The notes beneath the pieces were generated by a model, which saw nothing but the letters and a program-made list of their open reading frames with translations, did not search any database and was not told where the DNA came from. A DNA stretch of 64,000 bases from Amoebidium appalachense (Eukaryota; Protista; Ichthyosporea), in the NCBI GenBank assembly GCA_963693365.1, contig CAVNZM010000013.1:6543785-6607784 (forward strand), written 5' to 3'. How positions within the stretch are numbered: position 1 is the stretch's first letter; every line of letters starts with the position of its first letter. Positions 1 through 9,605 of this stretch are shown piece by piece. The translations under genes and the position numbers were made by a program.

Positions 1-734
1 ACCATGTCCGGGATGGGCATCATCGGCGCGTCCGTGTTCGCCAGCCCGCGGATCTCGGCAAAGTCGTGTGTGCGGATCCCCCTGCGTGCATGCACCACCT
101 TCTCTGGGTCCACGCGTGCCGGGTTTGTCGCGTATGTCGGTAGCGGCGGCCGCACGCCCTGCTGTGCATCCTCCCTGCTGTTCAGCACGGCCTCCGGCCG
201 GGCTCCCTCGTTGCGCATGTTGCCGTTGTACACTGGCGCGCGCGTGCGTGTGCGGTACAGCTCACGCATGTAGTTGCTGCGCGACTGCTGTTCCTCGGGA
301 TGCACATGGCCGTCGACGGCAGCACCTGCCAGCACGGCCACGGTCTGGGGGAGGGGTGTGCGGTCGGCGGCGTTGGCGGCGTCGTCGAAGGGCTTCTGCC
401 GTTGGTAGGGCGAGAGGTAGCGGAATCTGCCGTAGTGCTCGTCATGGGGCACCTCCATGACCTTGGTGTTGAGACGGTCGAGGGGGTTGAACGGCCGATT
501 GAGGCCGAGGGCGTCAGTGGCCCCGGCGTGCGGTGCATAAAGGGTGTTCCTGTCGAGGTTCAGGTTAGGCTGGAAGTCTGCGGGGGACAGGGGCGGGGCG
601 GGCTTGGACGGAGGGTCCGGGTTGTCAAACCCCCAGGCCTGATAGAACGGATTGCCTTCGTGCGAACTCACGTACAGGTAGACCACCGCCAAACACACGA
701 TTGCAAGGGCGAGCTCCGAGTGCGAACTGTCCAT
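1..734 (-). CDS. Hypothetical protein with N-terminal membrane anchor, 3' end runs off window
   Basis: Manual translation from ATG at 734: MDSSHSELALAIVCLAVVYLYVSSHEGNPFY..., open to base 1; absent from the ORF track because no stop lies in the window. Confidence 0.7.
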   Translation of the reverse strand, partial: MDSSHSELALAIVCLAVVYLYVSSHEGNPFYQAWGFDNPDPPSKPAPPLSPADFQPNLNLDRNTLYAPHAGATDALGLNRPFNPLDRLNTKVMEVPHDEHYGRFRYLSPYQRQKPFDDAANAADRTPLPQTVAVLAGAAVDGHVHPEEQQSRSNYMRELYRTRTRAPVYNGNMRNEGARPEAVLNSREDAQQGVRPPLPTYATNPARVDPEKVVHARRGIRTHDFAEIRGLANTDAPMMPIPDM

Positions 735-792
735 TGAGAAGGGCTACATTAATGCCACCGCCACGGGTTGGCGCTGTTTATTGCCTGTGCGC

Positions 793-1302
793 TCAGCGCC
801 GGCACACCTGGTAGTCGACCACGTACCGCACGCGGTCCCGCAGCGTCCGCAGGTGGCTGACCCCAAACAGCCGCCCGTGCTTGTTGACCTTGCGGTCAAG
901 GCACACCTCGAGCGCGCCCTCGCACGGCCGCCACTGGTTGTCAGGGCACAGGATCTCGAGCGTGACCTTGGTCAGGCGCACACTCTTGTGGATGTTGCCG
1001 TTCGAGTCGATGGTGTTGGACTCCGTGTACGGCACCAGCGGCTTGCGCCCGTCCATTAGGCCCCAGCCGTTGGCCACCTCCAAGTCGACGTAGCTGTTCT
1101 CAGACCCCACATCGTACACCAGCTTGAACGTCTTCTTCTGCCCCGCCACGCGCACCGTCACCATGTGCGTCTTCGAGCACTCGGGGATCAGGAACACCGG
1201 CACCTTGCTGTGCCGCGTCGACGTCCGCCGCACGCACGTCTCGAGCCGTCGTGCCCGGCAAGCGCAGCCGCGCCCTCTGGCTTTGCGTTTTCGTTGATGC
1301 AT
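793..1302 (-). CDS. Retropepsin-like aspartic protease-fold protein
   Basis: FKLVYDVGSENSYV resembles the hydrophobic-D[ST]G-x-x-x-S motif; C-terminal LFGVSHL resembles the (I/L)LGxDFL motif. Confidence 0.5.
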   Translation of the reverse strand: MHQRKRKARGRGCACRARRLETCVRRTSTRHSKVPVFLIPECSKTHMVTVRVAGQKKTFKLVYDVGSENSYVDLEVANGWGLMDGRKPLVPYTESNTIDSNGNIHKSVRLTKVTLEILCPDNQWRPCEGALEVCLDRKVNKHGRLFGVSHLRTLRDRVRYVVDYQVCRR

Positions 1303-1349
1303 ACTGGGGGCCCACAATGTAGCGTTGGCCGCTCAACGGCCGCGCCTTT

Positions 1350-1646
1350 TTAGGGCTTCTTGAAGCTCTTCCAGCACCGCCGTTTGCGGCAGCAGCCCCG
1401 CTTGGGCTTCTTGCGCCCGGGAACCAGGCCCTTGCACTGGCCGGCGTACGAGCACATGACGTACTTCATGTTGTAGTCGGTGACGCGCTTGATCCACTCG
1501 GGATCCGCCGAGGGGAAGCGCTTGTAGAGGTCCTGGCCGATCATGGCCTTGACGTGGTGGTCTGTGATGCCCGTGCTTTCCGGTAACATTTGCAGAAGGC
1601 GCAAAAACATATGCTGCGTCGCGCCGTGGGAGCTATTTTGGTTCAC
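1350..1646 (-). CDS. Small basic hypothetical protein
   Basis: ORF packed between neighbours, K/R/C-rich C-terminus. Confidence 0.6.
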   Translation of the reverse strand: MNQNSSHGATQHMFLRLLQMLPESTGITDHHVKAMIGQDLYKRFPSADPEWIKRVTDYNMKYVMCSYAGQCKGLVPGRKKPKRGCCRKRRCWKSFKKP

Positions 1647-1655
1647 AACGCCTGC

Positions 1656-4283
1656 CTACTTGACGAGTCGCAACAGCACCGTGTACCGACCGACCACGAG
1701 GTTGTCTTCCAAATCACGCACCTCGACTGACACGGACGTGGCCGCGGTGCGGTGCATGAGCCACATCTGCCCGTGCGAGCTCAGGAGGTCCGCGCGCACC
1801 GTGTGGCCGTCACGCACCAGCACGTACGTCAGGCCCGGGCGGGAGCGGCCGGCGTAGTCGTTGGGGTCGGTGGGCATGGTTTCGGCAGTGGATGGGTCCG
1901 ACTGGAGGGCGGGCCGGCACCAACTGACGCCCCTGCCGAAGACGTCATCGATCTTGACATAGAAAAGCATGGTCGCAGGGGCTGGCCGGGGACACGGAAC
2001 CATTAAGGCGCTGCCGTCCGTGTAGTAATACCTTCTGGGCGGACGAAACTGCAAGATGCCCACCCTGTCCAGGGCGCTGTTTTCGAAGTAGCTCCGCCTA
2101 ATGCTCGCCCAATCCATTTTAGCCGTAACCATCTTCGGGGGTAAAGGGGTATCAAAGTCGACGTCATTGAATGATTCATAGATACGACATGATAGAACTT
2201 TTTTTGTGGGCTCTGATATCCCAAGGGCACGGCAGAGGGGGCCGGTGAATTCTACACGGATTGGTGTTCTGAAATACTCCGGTGACATATAACACAGGTG
2301 GCGAAGACGCAACGAATCGTCAGTCCAGAGCAGGGCATTTTCCCAGTTAGGGCGGACGAATATAGTGTAGGTATTCAACTTATCGTCGTCACCTAAGGGT
2401 TGATGACCGATTCTCATGTATACCGCCCTTAAATCTTCCACCACTGCGTCCATAGGATTAGGCGTGTTAGGCACTGGGTTTTCCTCTGTGAGAATGTACA
2501 TCAGCGCAAAATATTCTGGCCCGTAGTTGTCCATCCAAGGCTTCATAATGGGGACTGGGCCGTAGGGGTATTCCGCCATTTCGCTTTGTAACCTTGCATC
2601 ATAGACTATTGGTTCTGGGTAACTGATCTTTTTTTCTCGGCACACATGTGCAAGTTCCAATGGGGATTTCACTTCTAAATAGAAAGGCATTAGATAGTCG
2701 TGTTTGACCTCGGATGGTTCTATCCTGTTATCGACATGTGGATTATATGGTGATAAACTGACTTCGAATGTGTGGACTGTGTATTTTGACACATCAACAG
2801 TAACAAGCGATCCAAACTCATTTGAAGTGTAGTAGTATTGGTCTGTACCATGCTGAACCCTGTATATAGTTTGTCGTTCGGAAACTTCATTCCCGCCACG
2901 AAATTTCCAATTGAACCGATATAGTATACTCTCCAAGAGCACGTGTTCAATTGTATAGTTTATGTCAGAGATCCGATCTGTTTCACCGTACAGAGGTTGC
3001 GCAAAAAGAAGCCCCCTGTGTATTCTGGCAACGACTGTCCTGCTGGCCAACATGCGGTCATCGATGACGACTATTGAATTAGCCTCTCGTGGCTTTAGTG
3101 AAGAATACGGGTCATGCCCACCAGCTTGGAACCACTCAAGCAGCTCAATAGGCATTGATTCCAGAGGGCGGCTTGAGGGGAAGGTTGTGGTCGCGTGAAC
3201 TCTAAGTCTCGTGTAACTCGCACAGTCTTTGGTGTCTTGGAAGTCTTCTGGTGTATAAAAACAGGCCCTATCGCTTAGTGTACCAGCCGGCAGATCCGGT
3301 TTAATATGTGCGCCTGACCCGAAGCCAGCCATTCCCATATTGCCGAACCAGCCTTCATGTATGATTAAAGGTCCATCCGGTGTTTGCCTCGGTGGTTGAA
3401 TAAATTCTATCTTTTTCTTGTATGTATCAAGAGTCTTCAAAACAGGCCAACTCTGCATGGGCACAAGACTGATTGGATATCTGTTCCATTGTATAATGCG
3501 TGGAACAGCCGTCCCATTGATATGAAGATCTTGATACGTAGAGTCTGTAGGGTCAAGCTCGGTTGGGCTCAGGCTATGATTGAGAAACCCAATGGTTGAT
3601 GTTCGGTCGTAAATTGGTGGTCTTAAACCAAAACTATCCAGAATATGATTAGATGACAGATACGTCGCCTGAATCCCAAAATTGAAACGTTTGATCATCG
3701 TGTCAATGAGATATGCAGCCGTGTAACGACCTTCGGGGATATTCACGCTGACAGTAATATCACGAAAAGGTGGATCGGGATTGGTAAGAAGTGTGGGTGC
3801 ATCTCGCACCACACAACTGACAGTGTTGTTCTTCGCCGTCACAACAAAACCCTCCTCCGTGCTCCCGTGCACGGTCACTGACTCTACTTGCACCCCCCGA
3901 ACGCCGTGCACGCGCTGTGCGATCTGTGTGGTCACCTTGGAATCGGGTGCGGCCATTGAATTGCTCAGGAGCACATACTCGTCCTCCACTCTACCGCCCG
4001 CATCTCGGCTGTATCCACCCATCCCCGCCTGCACGTTACCCCCGTCTGCCCCATGCTCACGGCTGCCCGACGTGGAACCCTCCCTCACGGTCCGCGTCTG
4101 CGCCTGCCGAACTGCACCCCCCACGCCCTGCTTGTTCTGCTGTCTCTGCGCATTTCCCTGCTCTCCCCCTTCCACAAAGGCCTTCATCTCGGCGTAGATC
4201 TTGGCCCGGGACCCGGAGTACGGGGGCATGCCGGGCGTGCGCGACGCACGCCGCCCGTCGCTGTCTGAACCCCGCGTGGCCAT
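1656..4283 (-). CDS. Penton/minor-capsid-like protein with large central insertion (875 aa)
   Basis: VSVNIPEGRYTAAYLIDTM matches the IPxGxY motif of virophage/PLV/NCLDV minor capsid-type proteins; C-terminal VSVEVRDLEDNLV; same layout as 19548-20906. Confidence 0.55.
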   Translation of the reverse strand: MATRGSDSDGRRASRTPGMPPYSGSRAKIYAEMKAFVEGGEQGNAQRQQNKQGVGGAVRQAQTRTVREGSTSGSREHGADGGNVQAGMGGYSRDAGGRVEDEYVLLSNSMAAPDSKVTTQIAQRVHGVRGVQVESVTVHGSTEEGFVVTAKNNTVSCVVRDAPTLLTNPDPPFRDITVSVNIPEGRYTAAYLIDTMIKRFNFGIQATYLSSNHILDSFGLRPPIYDRTSTIGFLNHSLSPTELDPTDSTYQDLHINGTAVPRIIQWNRYPISLVPMQSWPVLKTLDTYKKKIEFIQPPRQTPDGPLIIHEGWFGNMGMAGFGSGAHIKPDLPAGTLSDRACFYTPEDFQDTKDCASYTRLRVHATTTFPSSRPLESMPIELLEWFQAGGHDPYSSLKPREANSIVVIDDRMLASRTVVARIHRGLLFAQPLYGETDRISDINYTIEHVLLESILYRFNWKFRGGNEVSERQTIYRVQHGTDQYYYTSNEFGSLVTVDVSKYTVHTFEVSLSPYNPHVDNRIEPSEVKHDYLMPFYLEVKSPLELAHVCREKKISYPEPIVYDARLQSEMAEYPYGPVPIMKPWMDNYGPEYFALMYILTEENPVPNTPNPMDAVVEDLRAVYMRIGHQPLGDDDKLNTYTIFVRPNWENALLWTDDSLRLRHLCYMSPEYFRTPIRVEFTGPLCRALGISEPTKKVLSCRIYESFNDVDFDTPLPPKMVTAKMDWASIRRSYFENSALDRVGILQFRPPRRYYYTDGSALMVPCPRPAPATMLFYVKIDDVFGRGVSWCRPALQSDPSTAETMPTDPNDYAGRSRPGLTYVLVRDGHTVRADLLSSHGQMWLMHRTAATSVSVEVRDLEDNLVVGRYTVLLRLVK

Positions 4284-4308
4284 TAGTGAGTCTCACCATT
4301 TTATTGGA

Positions 4309-5751
4309 TCAACCAGCTCCCAGCAGCAGCAGCACGAGCGCCACCGCGATCACCAGGCCCCAGAACGCCGCGGCGTTCGCGTGCGCCCAGGCGCTTGCCG
4401 ACCCCAGTGGTGTTGGGGCAGGCTGTGTCGGCACAGGCGGCGCAGGCGGGTTCTGCGAGTCCTTTCCAGCCTCCCCAGGCACACCGGGTACGGCCGGAGC
4501 CCCGGGCTCTGAGGGCTTGTTGTCGGGGTTGGTGTTGGTGGTGGTGGCACCCGACTCCTCCTTGCCGATCTGCATGAGGCACTGCTGTACCTGCGTGGCC
4601 TGGATCTTGGCGTCAGTGTTCTCCGTGACCTCCATGGCCTGGTTGCAGATCTGCACGTTGAGCGCCGTGCACTCCTCGTTCTCCATGTCGCGCGTCTTGT
4701 AGCCCTGCACCTTGCACACGGCGTGGTGGCACTGCACGCTCCAGCCGAACTTCTTCTTGAGTGTGGCGTGGTCCATTCCCGCCGGCAGCGGCGCAAAGCA
4801 CCCGCACGTGGGATCATTGACCCCGGCCTCGGTCTTGCAAAAGAACTCGGCATATGCATTCACAGCGCTGTCCTGTGTTGCCGGGAAAAGGTAGTTCTTG
4901 TCCATGCGAGCCTGGTCGTGCAGCGGAACCACCGAATCGTCCCGCCCGCGCGAAAACTCGAGGAGGTCGCGCAGCCGCAGCGGCCTAGCGGTGTCCCAGT
5001 TCTGCTCTCGCTTGTAGTCAAACTTGTACACCAGGTAGCGGTCGTGCATGCGCAGGAGGCTCACGGGCCGCATGGTGTGGTCGTTTCCCTTGGCCAGCTC
5101 GCCGCGGTACTGGACTCGCAGCTTGGACTGCTGCAGGGACACAAGGTGGCGGTGCGGGGCGCGCAGCCAGTAGTCCGGGTTCCAGTACTTCTGGTAGTCG
5201 TCCCACTTCCAGTCCTGGTTCTTCCTGGAGGCTGAAGGGGCGCACATCTTGTCGCCGGGGTTGTACGTGGGGAAGGCCGGTTGGTCGCTGAGCGCCACGT
5301 AGTCGGCCGGGCACGTGAGCACCTTGAGCCGGGTGGCGTTCTGGCGGGTGCTGGCCGGGCACCCAACGGCCTGTGCGTCCTCCTGGATGTCTGCCAGGCT
5401 GGGGGTGTAGCAGAATCGCGGGTCGTCGTAGATCAGACACACCAGGTCCGAGTCGACGGGGTTGTACTCGGGGTCGCCGTGGTTTCGCCTGCAGCCGGCG
5501 GGGTCCTCTGCGGTCGCACACGAGGCCCACGACACAAAAGAGACGGCCTTGTATTTCGGGAACGCAGGGTGTGGCAGGGGGAACTGGAGCTTGAGCGAGG
5601 GCATGCGCCCACCGTGGTGCGCCCACTCGTTGCCGAACTGCCAGTCCCACAGTTGCTTTCGGTACTCGTCCCAGCGCACGAACTTCCACGGGTAGTCCGG
5701 GTTCTCCTTGAGACGCTCGATGTCGTCCTTTCCCCAGGTGATGTTGGCCAT
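4309..5751 (-). CDS. Poxvirus A16/G9/J5-like entry-fusion complex protein
   Basis: Cys pattern FC...DPTCGCF...QCHHAVCKVQGYKT...C...QICNQ...QQC followed by a Pro-rich stalk and a C-terminal TM helix. Confidence 0.65.
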   Translation of the reverse strand: MANITWGKDDIERLKENPDYPWKFVRWDEYRKQLWDWQFGNEWAHHGGRMPSLKLQFPLPHPAFPKYKAVSFVSWASCATAEDPAGCRRNHGDPEYNPVDSDLVCLIYDDPRFCYTPSLADIQEDAQAVGCPASTRQNATRLKVLTCPADYVALSDQPAFPTYNPGDKMCAPSASRKNQDWKWDDYQKYWNPDYWLRAPHRHLVSLQQSKLRVQYRGELAKGNDHTMRPVSLLRMHDRYLVYKFDYKREQNWDTARPLRLRDLLEFSRGRDDSVVPLHDQARMDKNYLFPATQDSAVNAYAEFFCKTEAGVNDPTCGCFAPLPAGMDHATLKKKFGWSVQCHHAVCKVQGYKTRDMENEECTALNVQICNQAMEVTENTDAKIQATQVQQCLMQIGKEESGATTTNTNPDNKPSEPGAPAVPGVPGEAGKDSQNPPAPPVPTQPAPTPLGSASAWAHANAAAFWGLVIAVALVLLLLGAG

Positions 5752-6503
5752 CAGTTACCATCCTCCCCATTAATTTGTGCACGCCGGGCCTGCAGCCAAA
5801 GCAGCGCGCGGGCGGCCAGGGCACCAGCCACGCCGCCCAGCAGGGGCCCCAGGAAGAAGATCCACAGGTGCTTGAGGTCGTGGCTGTCGCCAAACGTGGC
5901 CGCCGCAAGGCTTCTTGCGGGGTTGATGGAGCAGCCGGTGACAGTGACCAACAGCATGTGCATGAGAAACACCACAGACCCGATGGCGAGAGGGGAAATG
6001 ACGGGCGCGACGTCCTCAAGCTTGGGATGCTTGCATGCCAGCGACACCGTAAACACCAAGAACGCCGTGGCGAGCAACTCCATGGCCAGGGCCTCGGCCT
6101 GGGTGGTCCCGCTGACAAGCCCGTTTGTTCCGAACGAGCCGTGGAGGGCGGGAGGCATGCCGGCCCGCAGCAACGCCGTGCCCACGATACCTCCGGTAAA
6201 CTGGGCGGTGAAGTAGAGCGGGAGAAGCACGGGGTCCAGCCAACCGGCGGCAACCATGCCCAGAGTCACCGCCGGGTTGACGTGGGCACCCGACACGGGG
6301 CCCAGCACGGCCACCAGCCCCCCAACAACACCCCCGAACCCGGCGGCCACAGCAAGGACGTCAGCGGCCGATGATGCACCGTGTGAGGTTTCACCCGTGG
6401 CCATGGCGATGCCGATGGCGGTGAAGGTGAGCAGGGCGGTGCCGCAGAACTCGGCGATGAAGGTGGGGGCGTTGTGCAGGAGGAAGGACTTCACGCTCTG
6501 CAT
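5751..6503 (-). CDS. Aquaporin (MIP family)
   Basis: Two NPA boxes (SGAHVNPAVT, TGCSINPARSL), AEFCGT and WIFFLGPLLG motifs, six hydrophobic segments. Confidence 0.95.
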   Translation of the reverse strand: MQSVKSFLLHNAPTFIAEFCGTALLTFTAIGIAMATGETSHGASSAADVLAVAAGFGGVVGGLVAVLGPVSGAHVNPAVTLGMVAAGWLDPVLLPLYFTAQFTGGIVGTALLRAGMPPALHGSFGTNGLVSGTTQAEALAMELLATAFLVFTVSLACKHPKLEDVAPVISPLAIGSVVFLMHMLLVTVTGCSINPARSLAAATFGDSHDLKHLWIFFLGPLLGGVAGALAARALLWLQARRAQINGEDGN

Positions 6504-6538
6504 GGTTGAGTGTGGCACACATTTTGTGGGGTGGTGGT

Positions 6539-7369
6539 TTATTTGGACTTTTTGAGGATCTCGCGGGGGCGCTCTACCAGCATGCCAAGGGAAGTGTGTG
6601 GGGGGACCAGGTGGATGATCTCGGTGGCGCTCTCCGTGGTGTTGTACGGCTCGCTTAGGAGCACCACGGAGTCGTACCCACGGGCCCGGGCCTCATTGAT
6701 GAGGTCGAAGTCGTAGAAGTCGAAGTAGCCCGTTCCAACAATGGAGCTGTAGTGCGCGCCGCTGCGCATGAGCTCGACGAGTCTGTCCACCTCGGCCACG
6801 TAGTGCTTCTTGTTCTGCGTTTTGGAGAGCACCTGAGACACGAAGTACTGGTCGCCCGGATGGAAGGACTCTTTGGTCAGTCGGTTGTGGAAGTTCCAGT
6901 TTAGCTGCACCAGCGCGTCCAGCTTGGTTTTGGCCACCAGGGGGTTGGCCAGGTTCAGGTACAGGGCGGTGGTGTCTGGGGCGGCATAGTAAAAGGTATA
7001 GGTGGGGCCATTTGGTGCCTTGCGTACGTCACTGGCCCGTCCGAACCGCATGACCTCCACGTACCCCCTGCTAAACGACTCCAGTTTGGGAAACGGCCGC
7101 GTGGTGCACGTCGTCGAGGGCTCACGGTACAGCTTGTCCCGCCTACAGAATTTTGGCGGGTTTTTAAGAAGGAAGTAAGCGTTGCGCCTGCGCAGGTCGA
7201 ATGGGCAGCTGTCGGTCTTGTGCACGGCCTTCATGTAGTGTGGGTTGCAGCGGCTGGCCTTGAGCTTGTCGTAGCTGAAGACGCGCTTGCGGGCGCTGCT
7301 GTTGAACAGGTGCTTGTACTCGGTGATGGGCCGTAGCGGCCTGCGCTCACGCGTGCTGGGTGCGTCCAT
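6539..7369 (-). CDS. Hypothetical protein, possible ADP-ribosyltransferase-like C-terminus
   Basis: Long ORF; ARARGYDSVVL...TEIIHL resembles the GYDG...E motif of ART-fold proteins (weak). Confidence 0.55.
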   Translation of the reverse strand: MDAPSTRERRPLRPITEYKHLFNSSARKRVFSYDKLKASRCNPHYMKAVHKTDSCPFDLRRRNAYFLLKNPPKFCRRDKLYREPSTTCTTRPFPKLESFSRGYVEVMRFGRASDVRKAPNGPTYTFYYAAPDTTALYLNLANPLVAKTKLDALVQLNWNFHNRLTKESFHPGDQYFVSQVLSKTQNKKHYVAEVDRLVELMRSGAHYSSIVGTGYFDFYDFDLINEARARGYDSVVLLSEPYNTTESATEIIHLVPPHTSLGMLVERPREILKKSK

Positions 7370-7376
7370 CGTGTTG

Positions 7377-7586
7377 TCAGTTGGCCTTCTTTTTTTGCTC
7401 GGGGGCCACCGCAGCCGCCTTGGCACTGCGCGACCGGAAAATCTCCTCGTACATCTTCTCCATGGACGGCCGCGGGGTCTGCTCGGTCACCTCCCTGCCG
7501 TTGAGCTGCAGGTACGTGATCAGTTGGGCAGTGGAAAGGTGGTCGGCCAGACCCACGTGTGGGGATGTGCGGGCGTGCTTGCGCAT
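7377..7586 (-). CDS. Small HeH/LEM/SAP-like protein with basic tail
   Basis: LSTAQLITYLQLNGREV...SMEKMYEEIF resembles helix-extension-helix folds; ends KKKAN. Confidence 0.5.
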   Translation of the reverse strand: MRKHARTSPHVGLADHLSTAQLITYLQLNGREVTEQTPRPSMEKMYEEIFRSRSAKAAAVAPEQKKKAN

Positions 7587-7616
7587 GTTCTACAGGAGGG
7601 GGAACAATTTACAACT

Positions 7617-8000
7617 TTACTCAAGCACCCGCCCGGGGTTCAGCAGCACCAGGGCCTCCTTGGGCCCGCCCTGGGCCTTGCTGCCCCGCACGTACCAGCC
7701 GTCCACGCCGAACGCCTGGCACAGCGTGCGTGCGCGGCGCTGCTGCACGGCCGTCAGCTTCGTGCGCTGCGAGAGCGCGAGCAGCAGCTGCTTCTCGGGG
7801 CTGGGCTGCCCGAGGTCGGGGAGGAGCAGCGTGATGTCGGTCTTCACGGTGTACTGGACGGCATGGACGCCCCTCTTCGCGAGGTGCGTGCCGTTGCTGA
7901 GGATGCGGGCGCCCTTACGGATAGCGAGGGTGACGTTGCCGTTGAAGTGGCGGGAGTTGCACATCTTGCGGTCGAGACACAACCCGTTCGGTGCGGGCAT
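7617..8000 (-). CDS. Hypothetical protein, possible ART-like motif
   Basis: FGVDGWYV...EALVLLNP resembles the motif in 6539-7369. Confidence 0.5.
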   Translation of the reverse strand: MPAPNGLCLDRKMCNSRHFNGNVTLAIRKGARILSNGTHLAKRGVHAVQYTVKTDITLLLPDLGQPSPEKQLLLALSQRTKLTAVQQRRARTLCQAFGVDGWYVRGSKAQGGPKEALVLLNPGRVLE

Positions 8001-8130
8001 TTACGAGGGGCTTGCATTATGTGAGGTGCTTTCGGCTTGGCACGCTGCGGCTGTTGGTTTTTGCACTTCATGGGCTTCCTGGCGAAGGTATAAAAGGCCA
8101 ACACACTCCCACAGGAGCTCAGTCTGCAAC

Positions 8131-9316
8131 ATGGCACTCCCTCCACCTTCATCTACTCTGACCTCTACCCTGGGGCCCAAGGCTTCACTGCTCGGCGAGT
8201 TCGCCAAGTTCTGGGACCTGGACGGCGACATCGACGAGCTGGCCATCAACGAGGAGCTGAGCGGGGCCCGTGTGCAGGCGCTGTTGTTCAACTACAAGAA
8301 CGACAGGGACGGAAGACTCGCCATTGCCGAACATTTCAAGAACCGCGAACTGACAGAGGGACATGACTACCGTTTTGTTACAAAGAGGTGAGACAGACAG
8401 ACAGCCCCGAAACATGATTTTAATTTTTAATATTACATCAAAGACCCTCTATCCAATGGGAATTTGCGACCCCTGGGTCGCAAAAAAGGATGATTGGACA
8501 ATAGCTCTGTGAACTTCCAAATATGGCAATTCTAAAATAATTGACAAGTGAACATTCTGACTTGCGGACTTCAACTGCAGGGCACAGGGGCGTGGTCGAC
8601 CCGTGACGGAGATTTTCATGAACCCCAAGACCTTCAAGTTGCTCGTCATGACCGTCCAGACTGCCATCGGACACGAAGTGCGCTACTACTACTGGCGGGT
8701 CGAACAAGCCTTCAAGGTACTGCACCGCCAGAACCGTGCTCAGGTCGAGGCCGCTCTGGCCGAGGCAACCGCGCGTGCCCTTGAGCACGAGACCCACATC
8801 ATGCAGCTGTCCAACAACCTGGAGAAGATGGAGCAGTGGTACACGCAGACGGCAGAGCTTCTGGACTCCGCCAACGAGCGCCTGGCAATGCACGAGTGCG
8901 ACGATGACCACCCCCAGCGCATCGTGTCCCTTCCCCCTGGAACAATCCCTGTGGCTCGCTGCATGGAGACGGACTACGGGAGAGAGCTGGCCCGCAAGGT
9001 GTTCCATGACGCAGCCATAGTGCTGTGGCGCAACCACGAGGAGTTCGAGCACCGGTTTGACCCCAGCTACTGGAACACGTTCATCAAGTGGCACATGAAT
9101 GTGGACGTCGATCAGGGCATGTACCGCTCGCACATCAACGTGTACACCGCCATGTGTAAGGCCGCAAACGTCCTGCACGGGGTGCCCAAGATTACCCACC
9201 TGACCTACACCCAGCTCTATGATGTGCTGCGCCGCCTGGTGCAGATGGGCTGCGACCTGGTGCAGAAGACCGAACTCGAGTTGGTGTTCGGTGACCAGAT
9301 CTACATCCCTCTTTAG
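8131..9316 (+). CDS. MSV199/AntA-like DNA-binding protein with coiled coil; two exons (8131-8387, 8581-9316)
   Basis: GT-AG intron 8388-8580 (AG|GTGAGA...CTGAC...CTGCAG|G) joins EGHDYRFVTKR to AQGRGRPVTEIFMNPKTFKLLVM...EVRYYY in frame. Confidence 0.75.
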
Positions 9317-9605
9317 AGGGTTCGGGGGGGGGGGTCGTGTTAATTTTTAGCCATTGGCTTGAACCATTTTTGACACCCGTGGGTGTAGAAATTCCGGTGA
9401 TTTGATTGGTCCGTATTGTCTCACTTCTCAAATAAAGTACCCGTTCAGTTCGTTCAGCAGGTTCAGCAGCATGGCCGCAAACAGCACGAACGTGGCAATC
9501 AGTCGCGCGTACTTGAGCTTGTAGTCAAACGTCCATTGGTCGGGCAGGAGCTTCATGTTGCTTCAGCCCCCTATTTTATTGCCTGGTTGCCCCGTCCCCA
9601 CCCCC

